From NCBI GenBank assembly GCA_002811645.1, contig PDIP01000008.1:175256-239255 (forward strand): 64,000 nucleotides of DNA. The letters run 5' to 3'. Under the pieces are notes generated by a model, which was given only the letters and a program-made list of their open reading frames with translations, was not told where the DNA came from and made no database searches. The position numbers and the translations under genes are program-made. Each line of letters opens with the position of its first letter. Position 1 is the first letter of the stretch. This DNA is from Corallochytrium limacisporum Hawaii (Eukaryota; Protista; Pluriformea). Shown one piece after another: positions 11,493-22,747 of the stretch.

Positions 11493-13475
11493 ATGATTTA
11501 CAAACATGGCTGGACCATATTCACATGATCTATATAATGGAGAAAACTTAATTGTAGCTGAGACAGCTGGTATGTCTCATGTACTAGTATATAATATTGT
11601 AAGAAGACTGGATCTTCCACGAGAATTAAAACAAGTACCTTCAATTATTCTAACATGGTCCCAAACTCAGCTTTCGTATGGCAATGCCTAAGAGTGTTTA
11701 CTTACTTTGTATATAATATTGTAAGAAGACTGGATCTTCGTTTACTTACTTTGACCCATGTCAAGCTCATGGAAGGGAAAGATGATCATCTTGCTTTCCG
11801 GAATTTCACCGGGTTTGTTCCTTTTGCTTAGAGGTCCACAGCTCCCGCATGCGACGACCGGGCCGCACTCTAGTGGCACACGAGCTGTTGATCAACATGG
11901 CAGATGCGTATCTCTGGAAGCGTTCGTGCAGATTGACTCCCTAGCGTCCACACGCTTTGACTTGCAGGGAGTGACACCACAGTAAAGCAAGGATGAGATT
12001 CGCGAGCCCAAGTCTATTTCTCCCTTACTTGCTCAAATTCCTTCCCCCTCCGTGCCCACGGTCTTCCGCGGCGCTTCACCAACTACCTGGCTGCCGATCC
12101 CTACGTATAACATAATTGGTACATTTGATATGGAAAAGTGGAAGGAAAATGTTTCAACCGCAAGGACGATCGGACGTGCGCTCTCCCAGTCCTTCGAAAC
12201 ATTCTCCCCGGGCGGTGTCAACCCCCCCTTTTCCCCAGACGTCGTATCCGTAAATTTCTAAAGCAAATTGCACGCGAAAACGGTTGCATTTCTAACCAGT
12301 TGGTGGTGGTGTGTAAGAACGGAATCATTTCTTCCCGTCGGTTTCCGGTACATTACAACCTGGAATTGACTCTCGTGTCTGGGAAAATCCCGGGAGTGCA
12401 ATCACTAGCTAGTGGTGGGATCGATGAAACCGCCCTCTGCTTTTCATCGGTAACCAGCCGTTGTGTATACATTTTTAACCAAATCTGCGCCCCAGGTGAC
12501 GGAACGGCGAAGAAAAGGCAGGGTTAGGTGAAAATGAAATAAAGACCCAAGAAGGCAGCGGGCTGGGGCACGCCGTTGTTTGGGGGAGAGGAGACCCCGG
12601 CGGAAAGGGGGGGGAAGGGAGGACAAGACTTGGAGCCTCCTCGGCACGGGGAGGGCGAAAGGGACGGGTCAGAAAATTGCAAGAAGAGAAAAAAAAAAAA
12701 AACAAAATTAGAGAAAGGGAAAAGAAATGAATAAAAGGGGCAAAAAAAAAAGGGGATCCGGCTCGGCTTGGGAGTGGTCAGGGTGCGCCCAGAACAAAGG
12801 CGAAACGTGGTGCATAATCGTTTTCCAAGCAATTCCAATACTGGTACCACCACGCAATGTCCAGTAATTACCAGATGAAAGAAACTCTGGTATGAAGCGG
12901 ACGTTGGTTGGGGAATGAAGCGGCGATGGTAGTGAAGAACCCGGGGCTGTGGGAGGGGAAAGGGGGAGGAGGGACGAACGCACGCGATGGTTGCAAAGAG
13001 CCGGTCCCCGCCTTCCAAAGAGGGGGGGGACGTGCACGCGACTGGGTGTAATGAGCCGGCCTCTCCCCCCCTCTGGACCCAACATAAAACGGTGACCAAA
13101 CGGAAAATTTTCTTTTTAATCGGCTACTGAGCGGTGGGGAACTTTCAGTAGGGATTCCACTGATACTGCTACCATGTTACGATGATACAATGGCTCCTGT
13201 CTGAATTCCTGATAGGTCCATACCAAAGGGGTACATGCGCGGCACCTTTCAGGAAGGGAGGCACCACCTGGTTCTGTGGACTGGTGATTTGAGTCCAGGA
13301 GGCTGTTGGGAACTGAAGCCAACTGGTCGGTCGGAACGGTTGTGTGGGACTGACGAGTCCCACTGGGTAGATTGTCGGCAGCTATTTAAGACATGTTCTC
13401 ATGATGAAATAGTCGGGCCATCGGCACGCCCAGCAATACACTGTAGATCAAACCGGGCAACACGGTTTCATCAAG

Positions 13476-14918
13476 ATGATGAAGAAACTTGTTTCTAGTA
13501 CTTTTGCCAGCCTGATGGCCCTTGCCGCTTTGCAGGTCAACGCGGAAAGAGTCTTTGTCGACTCAAAATGTATTGTCGTCAAGGACTACACTTGGGGCAC
13601 CTACGAAGGCCAGGAGCGCTTCTTCCACGAACCCAACACCGAAATGGAGATCTGGCAGACGTCTTTCGCAAACATGCCAGTTGAGGTTATGGGCATTCCT
13701 AACGTAGTCGACTGGGAATGGGAAGTCTTTAACGACGATGAGTGGCACCACGGTAAGTTCTCCTGCATCCTCATGTGGCTGTATGACAGTAACACACTCA
13801 CTGATGATCAGGTGACTTACATCAAGAACTACGCCAAGAAGTACGGCGCCCGTATCCTCTATTTGGATGCGTACTACGGCAACCCTTTCGAGGGTGAAGG
13901 TATTATCTACCCTAAAAACGAAGACAGCCCTTATCTTGGCTCACATGGAGTCCCGACTTCGGATGGTATGAAACTGAACAAGCTTAATCTGTTGGATCCC
14001 ACGAAAAAGATTCCCCTTGACGGATTCTATGGCGGTGCAGTCCAATTGAACAGCACTGTCAGCGGAAACATTCCTTACCTGGTTGATTCCGAACAACCGG
14101 ATCAAGTATATGCCTACTACCACGAGACGGATGGTGTTCAGACCCTGATTTCCTACATTCCTTCCCCCATCTGGGAAGAGGGCGGTAACATTTACGGTAC
14201 CTACCTCATCGACTTTGTCCTCAACGGTCTGTACTTTGGTCGCCGCGACTACAGCCGCTATATGGAGACAATGAACACGGAAAACTTGCCCAATGTCTGG
14301 CCCGAACCGCTTGGGCTTTGGTACAGCAACGGTAAGTACGGTGACTTGAACGTGACCAGTATCATTTCCTACCTCAAGGACCCTCCACTGTTCTGCGAAG
14401 ATGATAGCCTCGACAATCGTGCCAAACGCCGCCTCTGGGAACCCTACTTCGCCAACAACACTGCCCAATTGATTCAGGATAAGCCATGCGCCACTTGCGA
14501 CCCTGACAACTTCATTTTCTATTCCAGCAAGACCTTGTCGTACCCCATCTCTGGCACGGAGGAATACGTCGTCGACGTCGCCACTCGCTTCCCCAACGCC
14601 TCAGAAGTTATCAAGTGTGGACAGGAGTACACTACGTGGGTCACCGCCACTCACCTTGAGAAGGGCCAAACTGAAGGCCATGCCATGCCCAATCCTCCCC
14701 TTCCAGTGAAAGTCCAGAACCCCGGTGATTGCTCGCTCAATGAGTACACCAAGTCGGCCACTGGTGGATCCTGCTACTGGGAAAAAGACCCGAGTAACAA
14801 CTGTGCAGTCTGCGAAGACAACGGCTGCGCATGTGGTGCAGAGAACCCTCATCTCTGCCTCGAGTGCGGCGCAGCGAATTGCAACTCTGCTGTGGCCTGC
14901 GTGCCCACGAAATCCTAA
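13476..14918 (+). CDS. Secreted protein, paralog C (same family, one C-terminal 10-Cys module)
   Basis: 480 aa with signal peptide MMKKLVSSTFASLMALAALQVNA. Shares GRRDYSRYxETMNTE and WVTATHLEKG with paralog B. Cys module at 14730-14900. Confidence 0.92.
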   Translation: MMKKLVSSTFASLMALAALQVNAERVFVDSKCIVVKDYTWGTYEGQERFFHEPNTEMEIWQTSFANMPVEVMGIPNVVDWEWEVFNDDEWHHGKFSCILMWLYDSNTLTDDQVTYIKNYAKKYGARILYLDAYYGNPFEGEGIIYPKNEDSPYLGSHGVPTSDGMKLNKLNLLDPTKKIPLDGFYGGAVQLNSTVSGNIPYLVDSEQPDQVYAYYHETDGVQTLISYIPSPIWEEGGNIYGTYLIDFVLNGLYFGRRDYSRYMETMNTENLPNVWPEPLGLWYSNGKYGDLNVTSIISYLKDPPLFCEDDSLDNRAKRRLWEPYFANNTAQLIQDKPCATCDPDNFIFYSSKTLSYPISGTEEYVVDVATRFPNASEVIKCGQEYTTWVTATHLEKGQTEGHAMPNPPLPVKVQNPGDCSLNEYTKSATGGSCYWEKDPSNNCAVCEDNGCACGAENPHLCLECGAANCNSAVACVPTKS

Positions 14919-15272
14919 ATGACAGCAGGTCTGTCATCGAGCATATATTAACAGTGAAGCCCTCACTGATTTTTCTTTTGTCTAGTTTCGTTATTCTGGA
15001 CCCGCAGTGAGACGGCTGGTCGGTCTCACCAACATCACACATGTAAAATATGAACTACATAGTTTTTCAAACCAAAATATTAAAGGCCTCGAGAATTCCG
15101 CTGCACAATACAATGGTAACAATCACAGACGAACACCCAAAACAAAATCACCTTTTACCATACGTGTAAACCACCATAGAACATTAGACAAACATTTTGG
15201 CACTGACTCGCTGCACGGACTTCTGCATACGGCAATAAACATGGTTTAATTACACAGAGGAATGAAATGGTT

Positions 15273-16265
15273 TTACATGGCAGAAGAGAAAGTGACGAGG
15301 GAAGCGTTCTCGCGGATGATGCCTTCCGCATCGCGCACAATCTTGGCGACCAGGTCGTGACAAGTTGGGATGTCATCGATAAGGCCAATGACAGGGCCTG
15401 CGGTCCAGATTCCGTGATCGGGGTCACCACGTTTCTCACCCTCACGGCCACGGGTACCGTTGACCAAAGGCGCAAGGTCGGCAAAATCGGTCTGGCCGGC
15501 CTGACTCTCAATGTTCACGACCTCCTCAGCAACCTTGTTTTTGTAGACACGGGCAGTGTTGCGCAGAGAGCGGAAGATCAAAGTCGTCTGGCGCTCGTCA
15601 CTTTCAACACAGCGCTGTTTGAACTCCTGAGGCCAGGGACATTCCTTGGTCACGCAGAAACGAGTGCCCATGTTAATTCCAATGGCACCCATGCTAAGGG
15701 CAGCTGCCAGTCCCGCTCCGTCACCGATGGAGCCGGAAGCAATAAACGGCACCTTCAACTTGCGCTTGCAGATGGGCAAAAGAGTGAAAAGAGTGTTGTC
15801 GTCCTCACCAGGGTGTCCCGCGCATTCGAAGCCGTCCATGGATACAATGTCGACACCGGCACGCTCGGAGCTCTGGGCGTGGCGGATGCTGGTGCACTTA
15901 TGGATGCAAATGAGGCCGGCGTCCTTGAACATACGGACCCACTTCTTGGGGTTGTTGCCAGCGGTTTCGACGATTTTGATGCCTTCCTCGATAATCACCC
16001 GAGCGAACTCTTCGTACGGAGGGGGGGTAATGGCAGGCAGAATGGTCAGATTCACGGCGAATGGCTTGTCAGTCATGCTACGTACTCGTGCGATTTCACG
16101 GCGAAGGTTCTCAGGAGATCCCGTGTTGAGGGCAGTCAGGCACCCGAGAGCACCAGCATTGGACACCGCAGCGGTCAGCTCAGCTGTACCAGCACCAGTC
16201 ATACCACCGCAGACGATGGGGTGCTGGATGCCCAGCATTTCGGTAAGCTTGGTCTTCAGAGGCAT
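15273..16265 (-). CDS. Nitronate monooxygenase / 2-nitropropane dioxygenase family FMN-dependent oxidoreductase
   Basis: 330 aa. Motifs TxLTEMLGIxHPIxxGGM, AAVSNAGALG, TDKPFAVN, DGFECAGHPG, ASGxIxDGxGLAAAL, MGTRF. Confidence 0.9.
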   Translation of the reverse strand: MPLKTKLTEMLGIQHPIVCGGMTGAGTAELTAAVSNAGALGCLTALNTGSPENLRREIARVRSMTDKPFAVNLTILPAITPPPYEEFARVIIEEGIKIVETAGNNPKKWVRMFKDAGLICIHKCTSIRHAQSSERAGVDIVSMDGFECAGHPGEDDNTLFTLLPICKRKLKVPFIASGSIGDGAGLAAALSMGAIGINMGTRFCVTKECPWPQEFKQRCVESDERQTTLIFRSLRNTARVYKNKVAEEVVNIESQAGQTDFADLAPLVNGTRGREGEKRGDPDHGIWTAGPVIGLIDDIPTCHDLVAKIVRDAEGIIRENASLVTFSSAM

Positions 16266-17812
16266 AATGTATCACTGATCTTTTCCGACCTCGATTCTCT
16301 CTCGAACCATCAATTTGCTGATCAACTCTGCAGCTAAACACGCACCGTAACAGCTTTTATACCTGCGGACTGCGCAATTCTCTGTGGGAGGCTGTGTGTC
16401 AATATGGCGGCTGTGAATCAGCCTCGCTCTGGCTATGCCCAACACACAGTCATTCCTTTCGGCAACGCATACTCCTCTGCGATACAAGCCACCTGGAAAG
16501 GGCAAGTGGTGTCTCTGGCTCTCGTACACCCCCAAACTCCCTGTACCATCTCTCAGAAGGGCCGGCGGTTTTGGGCTGTGGTTCCCCATCGACGAGTGAG
16601 ACAACCCAAACCCACGGCTGTGAAAGCCCACATCAAAAAGCTCTGTGCAGGAAGAGAAGCATACATACGGAAGGAACCAAGCACGGGATCTTCACCGCAG
16701 GCAGCGGTGTATCATTCAAGCCTCAGCTGACGGATCCCTAGATTGCTTTGAGCACATACACGCACGTAAATCCAGGAGTCCGCGTGTGTATGTGCAGGCA
16801 TTCGTTGCCGATGGATCAGCACACTTGCCTCGTCGCAGAGCCCACCTTAACCAGTCTTGCGAACCTCGGTGTGCCTAAGTTTAGAACAGAACTTCACATC
16901 CACGGCCGAATGGTCGAAATAATTGCGGGTGAAGCCGAGAAAAGCCCACCCAGCACAGTGTGCCTCAGTACCGCCACCACCGGGGTCACCGACGTGTACG
17001 GCTCGGTGCTGAATAAACGGACACAGAGCCACACTACCGGGCCGTCCAATTAGCCTCCATTTCATCTCCCAACGGGAGGAGCGTCTTCGCGCGAGGGCCC
17101 CCCCCCGGGCAAGGCGGTCGTGTTTTTGCCGTTCCTAGGGCTTGGTTTGCCCGTGCATGGCTGGGTTCTTTGGAGGCAAGCGAGGCCTCCTTAGGTTGCG
17201 CGCTCGCCGGAACAGCGAAGGGCGTTCCAAAAAGGATAAAAAAAATTTAACCCCGGGTTGGCGGCGTGCAAAGCGGCCAGGGGACAAAAAGAACAAAATG
17301 GAAACACAGGCCTGACACAAAAAGGCAGAATGACCCATAAAACCGGGAAAAAGTGCCAAATCCTAACAATGGAACTGAGGATTCATCGTCACCCAGTACC
17401 CTGTCACCATCAGTCAGCCAGTTCTGCAGGGTCGAGGTTGGTTGAAGAGCAGGGTAGACCCACTGTGGCGAAGGCCGGCGTCATCCAAGAAGACATAACA
17501 AACAGGAAGGTAAGTACAGCACACACTGTACGGCAGACACGGGATGAGACCGAAATAACACCACCATCCACAGGGACGACACCAAGTAACAACACAAGGG
17601 GATCGGTCGCGGAGCGCCCCGTCTCGGGCGCTGTGTTCTGTAGTAGCCGAACCCGTAGCACGATTCTGTCTGCTTCCCCGGGTCAAACAGCGGTAGAAGC
17701 ACGGACGAACTTGGGGAGGGGGGATTGAGTGATAATCGCTCCTTGCTGGTGCGGTCCGCGACGGACAGTGCAGTGTGTTTCTATTTTTTTCCCCTTTAAA
17801 AGGAACCCGGGG

Positions 17813-17838
17813 CACACACACACACACACACACACACA
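17813..17838. repeat. (CA)13 microsatellite within a pyrimidine-rich tract
   Basis: Directly visible. Confidence 0.9.
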
Positions 17839-18658
17839 CCGTCTCCTCCCCTCACCCCCACCAAGCGCAAAAAACTCTTTCTTTTTCTTTTTTTTTGTGT
17901 CTTTCCCGGTCGGCCTGATCCAACCCCCCCCCCCTTCCCCCTTCCCTCTGCTGACTCGGACGTGTGCTAAAAATAGCTTTGAATGGGCAGCGCAGTATAT
18001 TCGCTACCTCGGCCAGCCCCCCGACCGCCGGGCTTAGGGAAGCGCTTGGTTCTTTTCCCCCCCCCCCTTCTTTTTGCTCAGTGTTTTCTTTGAAAGACGT
18101 GCAGAACAGACCCATTGGGAGGGGTTCGGAAAGCGCAGTAGTGAAACCGTCGTTGTGGGGATCGGTACTGTAGGTGCTCGCAGCACGCCTTCAAGCCTGG
18201 CGGCTGTATGCATAATATGTCCAACGCAGTGAAGTATCATCGTCAAACATCCTGGCCAGTCCCATTTAGACATCTTCTTCGTCATCATACTTGAGCTTGT
18301 CATATGGTGATTTCGGCGCTCCCACACCACAAGGTATGGTGGTTGGTGAGTGCCCTGGATATGCTTTGCATGTGGCAGATTGTACGGTTGGCGGGTACGG
18401 CTGACAAATACGCAGAGATCCCGAACCACAACCTCGCCAGTGCACATTTTTCTGATTGTACAGGCGCCCCCAGGCGGAGAGAGGAGTGCGCAGCGATGAC
18501 CGGGCCCGTATCACCGACGAAGGTGGTGCGGACACTGAACCAAGTTCCGGGTGCGTACACCACGTACGAAAGGAACGAGGTTTCACCGCACATTTACAAT
18601 GTGTGGCTTAACGTGAACTCCGGTGTTCGGATCGAGTTTGTTGTGGGTCCCAATAGAT

Positions 18659-19996
18659 ATGCCGTCGTCGTCCAAGGTCGCTGAAAGAGCCGCGACCGCT
18701 GGCCGCAAGGTCAATTTTGGCTTGCCTAAAGAAGTCACTGACTATTTGCATGAGTTGGATGGCTTTATTGAGCGAGAGATTAAACCTCTGCAGATGCAGA
18801 ATGACAACATGCGGTTCTTTGACCACCGGCGTGAGGATAGTCGCACTGACTGGCACCGGGGAGGCCTGCCCAACAAGGAGTGGGAAGAGTTGCTGAGTGA
18901 GATGCGCCGGCGCGCCGATAAGGCAGGCCATTTGCGTTTCGCACTGCCCCGCAAATACGGTGGTAGGGACGGTGGTAACCTCGCTATGGCTGCAATCCGG
19001 GAGCATCTGGCTGCCAAGGGTCTCGGCCTGCACAATGATCTACAGAACGAGGCGAGCATAGTGGGCAATATCCCCACTGTGTGGATGTTTGACCTCTTCG
19101 GAACCGAGAAACAAAAACAAACTTTCATCAATGGCATGTTTACAGGTGAAACTATCTGTGCCTTTGGCTTGACTGAACCTGCACACGGGAGTGACGCAAC
19201 TTGGATGGAGACAAAGGCAGTACAGGACAGCACCGGGAACTGGATCCTTGACGGTGAGAAGACCTGGAACACAGGTGTTCATGTCGCCACACACGACCTA
19301 GTCTTTGCACGCACCCACGGCAAGGACGGCGATGCGTTCGGTATAACTTGCTTCATCGTTCCTATGGACAGCGCTGGTGTTAATGTGGAGGAATACCTCT
19401 GGACCTTCAATATGCCCACTGATCATGCCCGGGTGAGCTTCCAGAACGTCAAAGTGCCTAAGGACATGGTCCTCGGGGAGCCTGGCAAGGGTTTAGCAGT
19501 GGCACAGTGCTTTCTACACGAGAACCGCATCCGCCAGGCTGCCAGTGGCATTGGCGCCGCGCAGTACTGCGTAGATGAGGCGGTCAAGTATTCACTGGAG
19601 CGCAAGGTTTTTGGCCAACCATTAGCCCGCAAGCAGGCTATTCAGTGGCCCCTGATCGAGCTGCAGAGTGAAATCGAAGCCGTGCGTCTGTTGATTTATA
19701 AGACTGCTTCTCTAATGGACCAGGTGGACCCCAAGGAGTACCCAGCCAAGGTAGGACACTTGGTCAGCATGTGCAACTACCGGGCGAATCGTCTAGTGTG
19801 CGAGGCAGCAGATCAGGCAATGCAGGTTCATGGTGGTCTCGGATACAGCCGGCACAAGCAATTTGAACACATCTACCGCCACCACCGGCGATACCGGATC
19901 ACTGAAGGTTCCGAGGAGATCCAGAAACGTCGAGTCGGTGCCTGGCTCTTTGGATACATCGGTGAAGCACCGTGGCAGAATCGGTCAAAGCTGTAA
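18659..19996 (+). CDS. Acyl-CoA dehydrogenase, probably peroxisomal (C-terminal SKL)
   Basis: First ATG at 18659 (the track start is GTG). Motifs FGLTEPxHGSDA, GEKTWNT, RKVFGQPL..QAIQWPL, AMQVHGGLGYS, RITEGSEEIQ. Ends in NRSKL, a canonical PTS1. Confidence 0.93.
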   Translation: MPSSSKVAERAATAGRKVNFGLPKEVTDYLHELDGFIEREIKPLQMQNDNMRFFDHRREDSRTDWHRGGLPNKEWEELLSEMRRRADKAGHLRFALPRKYGGRDGGNLAMAAIREHLAAKGLGLHNDLQNEASIVGNIPTVWMFDLFGTEKQKQTFINGMFTGETICAFGLTEPAHGSDATWMETKAVQDSTGNWILDGEKTWNTGVHVATHDLVFARTHGKDGDAFGITCFIVPMDSAGVNVEEYLWTFNMPTDHARVSFQNVKVPKDMVLGEPGKGLAVAQCFLHENRIRQAASGIGAAQYCVDEAVKYSLERKVFGQPLARKQAIQWPLIELQSEIEAVRLLIYKTASLMDQVDPKEYPAKVGHLVSMCNYRANRLVCEAADQAMQVHGGLGYSRHKQFEHIYRHHRRYRITEGSEEIQKRRVGAWLFGYIGEAPWQNRSKL

Positions 19997-20055
19997 GGCT
20001 TTGCTAGATACTTGAAATTCGAAGATTTTGATATATTACAGACTAGTGAATGAAA

Positions 20056-21654
20056 TCAATCTCCCAGAGGGACGTTGCAATCATACTTCGACATCTGGTT
20101 CCGTGTCCTTGCCATGATCGCATCCTCTGTGCCTGTGTTGCGGATGAGTCCCTTGAAGCTTAGCAGGTTTTCAAGCATGCCCTCCATATTTTCTTTCCTG
20201 AAGTCACGACTAAATTGCCGCATCAGTCCCAGACCAAAACTGACCATGGCCTGGTAGCCCTCTAACAAGAAGACGTCCCAAAGGCGAAGCGTCAAGCTGA
20301 ACGGCACCGCATCAATGTATCCCGTCAGGAACCACTTGGTGGTGAACATTGGCATGCCCAGGTCATGAGCTTCCATATGCCGACCCAGCCTGCGGTCGCA
20401 GTGCATGATGCGCTTTTGGAGTACGTCGTTAGTGAGGAATAGCCTCGGGAATCCCGGCTGGTACAGTCCTTCGAGGCCATACTTGGGATCCTGCATCAGT
20501 TTGTGGAGTACCCAGAAGCATTCGTCCTCGTTCCGAATGTACATCAACAGGAACGCTGTCAGGCCGGACATACCCTGACAGTATCCGACGGTTGGATTGT
20601 ATACACTGTAGGCGCTCAGCACGCGAAACAGCTGTTGCTGCTTAACATCGTAGCGGTCCTTGTAGGCGACATGGTTTCGAAAGGTGCGATGAATGTCAAT
20701 GTCAATCTGATGCAGATCATTGCTAGTCTTCTCCGCTCTGGCCAGACAGTCTTCATATACTCCTGCCATCTCCTTCTCCTCACGAATGGCATCAATGTCA
20801 ATGTGTAAGAGGCGAGGCCAAATGGCTGACCTGTAACTGTCGGGAATGCCCTTGTAGATGCGGCCTTTGAGCTTTGCAGATCCTTTGTACTGCTGCCATT
20901 TGCGATCCATTTCTACCCACTTCATGCTGCGTCTCCTTTCTGTTGCCTCTTCTTCGAGTTCTTCTCTCGTCTTGTCTTTGTCGATGATCTTTTCGTCCCG
21001 TATAAACCCATAGCGGTCGACCCGCGCCGCCACGTCGAAAATGGGATCTTCCCAGTCTTCAATGGGTACAGCTTTGTCTTTGCTTCTGCCCTCGCGATAC
21101 TTTTGCACAATCAATGCCCGCTCTGCGTCCGCTTCGGCCTTCAATTCCTCCTCGGTCTTTTCTTCTGGTTCCTCCTCCTCGGTTGAAGAGTCCGTCTTGG
21201 CCGTTGCGGTGCCGTCTCCACCAACAAAGGGCACTGGTCCGGCAAAGTTCTTTAAGTCAATTTTTCGCTCATCTTCTGCAGTCTCCCGCATACGAGCCAG
21301 TACACTTTCACGGGTGGCTTCGTCCAGTCTTGGCACTGGATCCTCCGCACTGCTTATGTCAGACTTGGTTGCGTTGTCGTCGGTTCCGTAGAAGTCAAGC
21401 GTGCTCGATACAGTGCTAGTGCAGTGCGCATGACTTGTTCCCATACCGGAGTCATCTATAGTCTCCTCTTCTTTCTTTGGGTGTATAATTTGTTTACCGT
21501 TTACTTCGGAATCTTCTTCGCTGGCATCATCTCGGTGGTCTTCAAGCACAACTTCAACTGGATCCGTGGCCGGACCGGGTGCCTCATACTCGTCCAGTGC
21601 CGGGGATGTCGGCTTTTCCTCCGGTAAGGGATCATTTTTTGTTACCTCTGTCAT
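20056..21654 (-). CDS. TBC-domain Rab GTPase-activating protein, USP6NL/RN-tre-like
   Basis: DRYGFI, RIYKGIP, IDIDIHRTF (IxxDxxR arginine finger), GYCQGM (glutamine finger), LRLWDVFLLEG. Acidic disordered N-terminus. Confidence 0.9.
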   Translation of the reverse strand: MTEVTKNDPLPEEKPTSPALDEYEAPGPATDPVEVVLEDHRDDASEEDSEVNGKQIIHPKKEEETIDDSGMGTSHAHCTSTVSSTLDFYGTDDNATKSDISSAEDPVPRLDEATRESVLARMRETAEDERKIDLKNFAGPVPFVGGDGTATAKTDSSTEEEEPEEKTEEELKAEADAERALIVQKYREGRSKDKAVPIEDWEDPIFDVAARVDRYGFIRDEKIIDKDKTREELEEEATERRRSMKWVEMDRKWQQYKGSAKLKGRIYKGIPDSYRSAIWPRLLHIDIDAIREEKEMAGVYEDCLARAEKTSNDLHQIDIDIHRTFRNHVAYKDRYDVKQQQLFRVLSAYSVYNPTVGYCQGMSGLTAFLLMYIRNEDECFWVLHKLMQDPKYGLEGLYQPGFPRLFLTNDVLQKRIMHCDRRLGRHMEAHDLGMPMFTTKWFLTGYIDAVPFSLTLRLWDVFLLEGYQAMVSFGLGLMRQFSRDFRKENMEGMLENLLSFKGLIRNTGTEDAIMARTRNQMSKYDCNVPLGD

Positions 21655-22747
21655 AGTGCTTGCCTATGTGAAGAATATTATTTAGATTGCAACAAAAGGT
21701 AGCGATGCTTCACGGAGTACGACCCATTGTGAACGATAACCTGTTTGCCTCCTCCTTTTCAACAGCTCTTTCCGGACCCAAAAGGCTTCCAATCTTTTTC
21801 AAAAATTAATTTTGAACATATGTACTTGTATTCACACCTGTGCGCGTTCAAGTAGCTCTACCAAAGACCGTGAGACCAGTCTTTTCTGCTGGTTAGTGTT
21901 GGCGGTTCCCCCGAGCGACAAAGAGTGTCCACAGTATCAACCCTTTCATCCTGGCCCCTCAGAGCCCTCTGATACGGTGTCGCCGAGCAGTACATTCACT
22001 ACTGGTGTCAAGGCTCCTTCTGTTGTGCTGGACCGCGTAGGGACTATGGTGGGGGACCAGACCAAGGGTAGGATCTGTGAGCTCTCGTTTCTCACGGAAT
22101 CCATAGTGAACATACTGAAATTGTTTCTCAAACCAGGGAAGCAACAAAAAGAGCTTAAAGAATATGATAAGGCGCAATGGGCACCCCCTTTAATGCCCAA
22201 CAAAAGCGAGCTAAGCTGGGTTCATGGAATAACTTCTTTCAGACGGCAACGCGCAGTGAATGTACCGAAACATTTGCGGAGCTGAGAGTGGGTGTTCCTG
22301 TTGGGCGTATAACCAATACACAGAACTACGGGGCGTTGATTTAAATGATTAAATGATTAAAACTATATTTGACTACGAACTGTAAACAAAACACGAGGAC
22401 AGAAGGAGGGGAAGGGAAAGAGAGGGAGGGAGAGGGTATACGGCAAAGGGAGAGAGAGACCCACGGCCCAGCGAGGGTGGGGCTATGGTGTTAGTGTACG
22501 ACAGTACCCGCGGATACAGCGCACGGCAGCACACATATTGCAACACGTCAAGCTCGGACTGCACTTTTTCATTTTCTATTTGGCTTAAGAATGCAAACGG
22601 TCACCAAGGCCATTTACACATTTTCAGTTGTGGTATTTGGAAAATCATGCGCGAACTATGCAACATGAACACATCAGGACAAAAACCACGGAACTCACTA
22701 CCGGGACAGTAGCTTTCACACACTAGACTACACCTCACATATTCACC

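Noticed and set aside
15267-16337. Long antisense ORFs over real genes (also 3283-4179, 10233-11255, 44536-45204, 50484-51176, 58672-59316)
   Set aside because: They mirror well-supported genes on the other strand, are expected from codon bias or repeats, and have no family motifs.
21812-22285. 157-aa ORF between the TBC and ATP f genes
   Set aside because: Non-ATG start, no recognisable motif, and located in a divergent promoter region.
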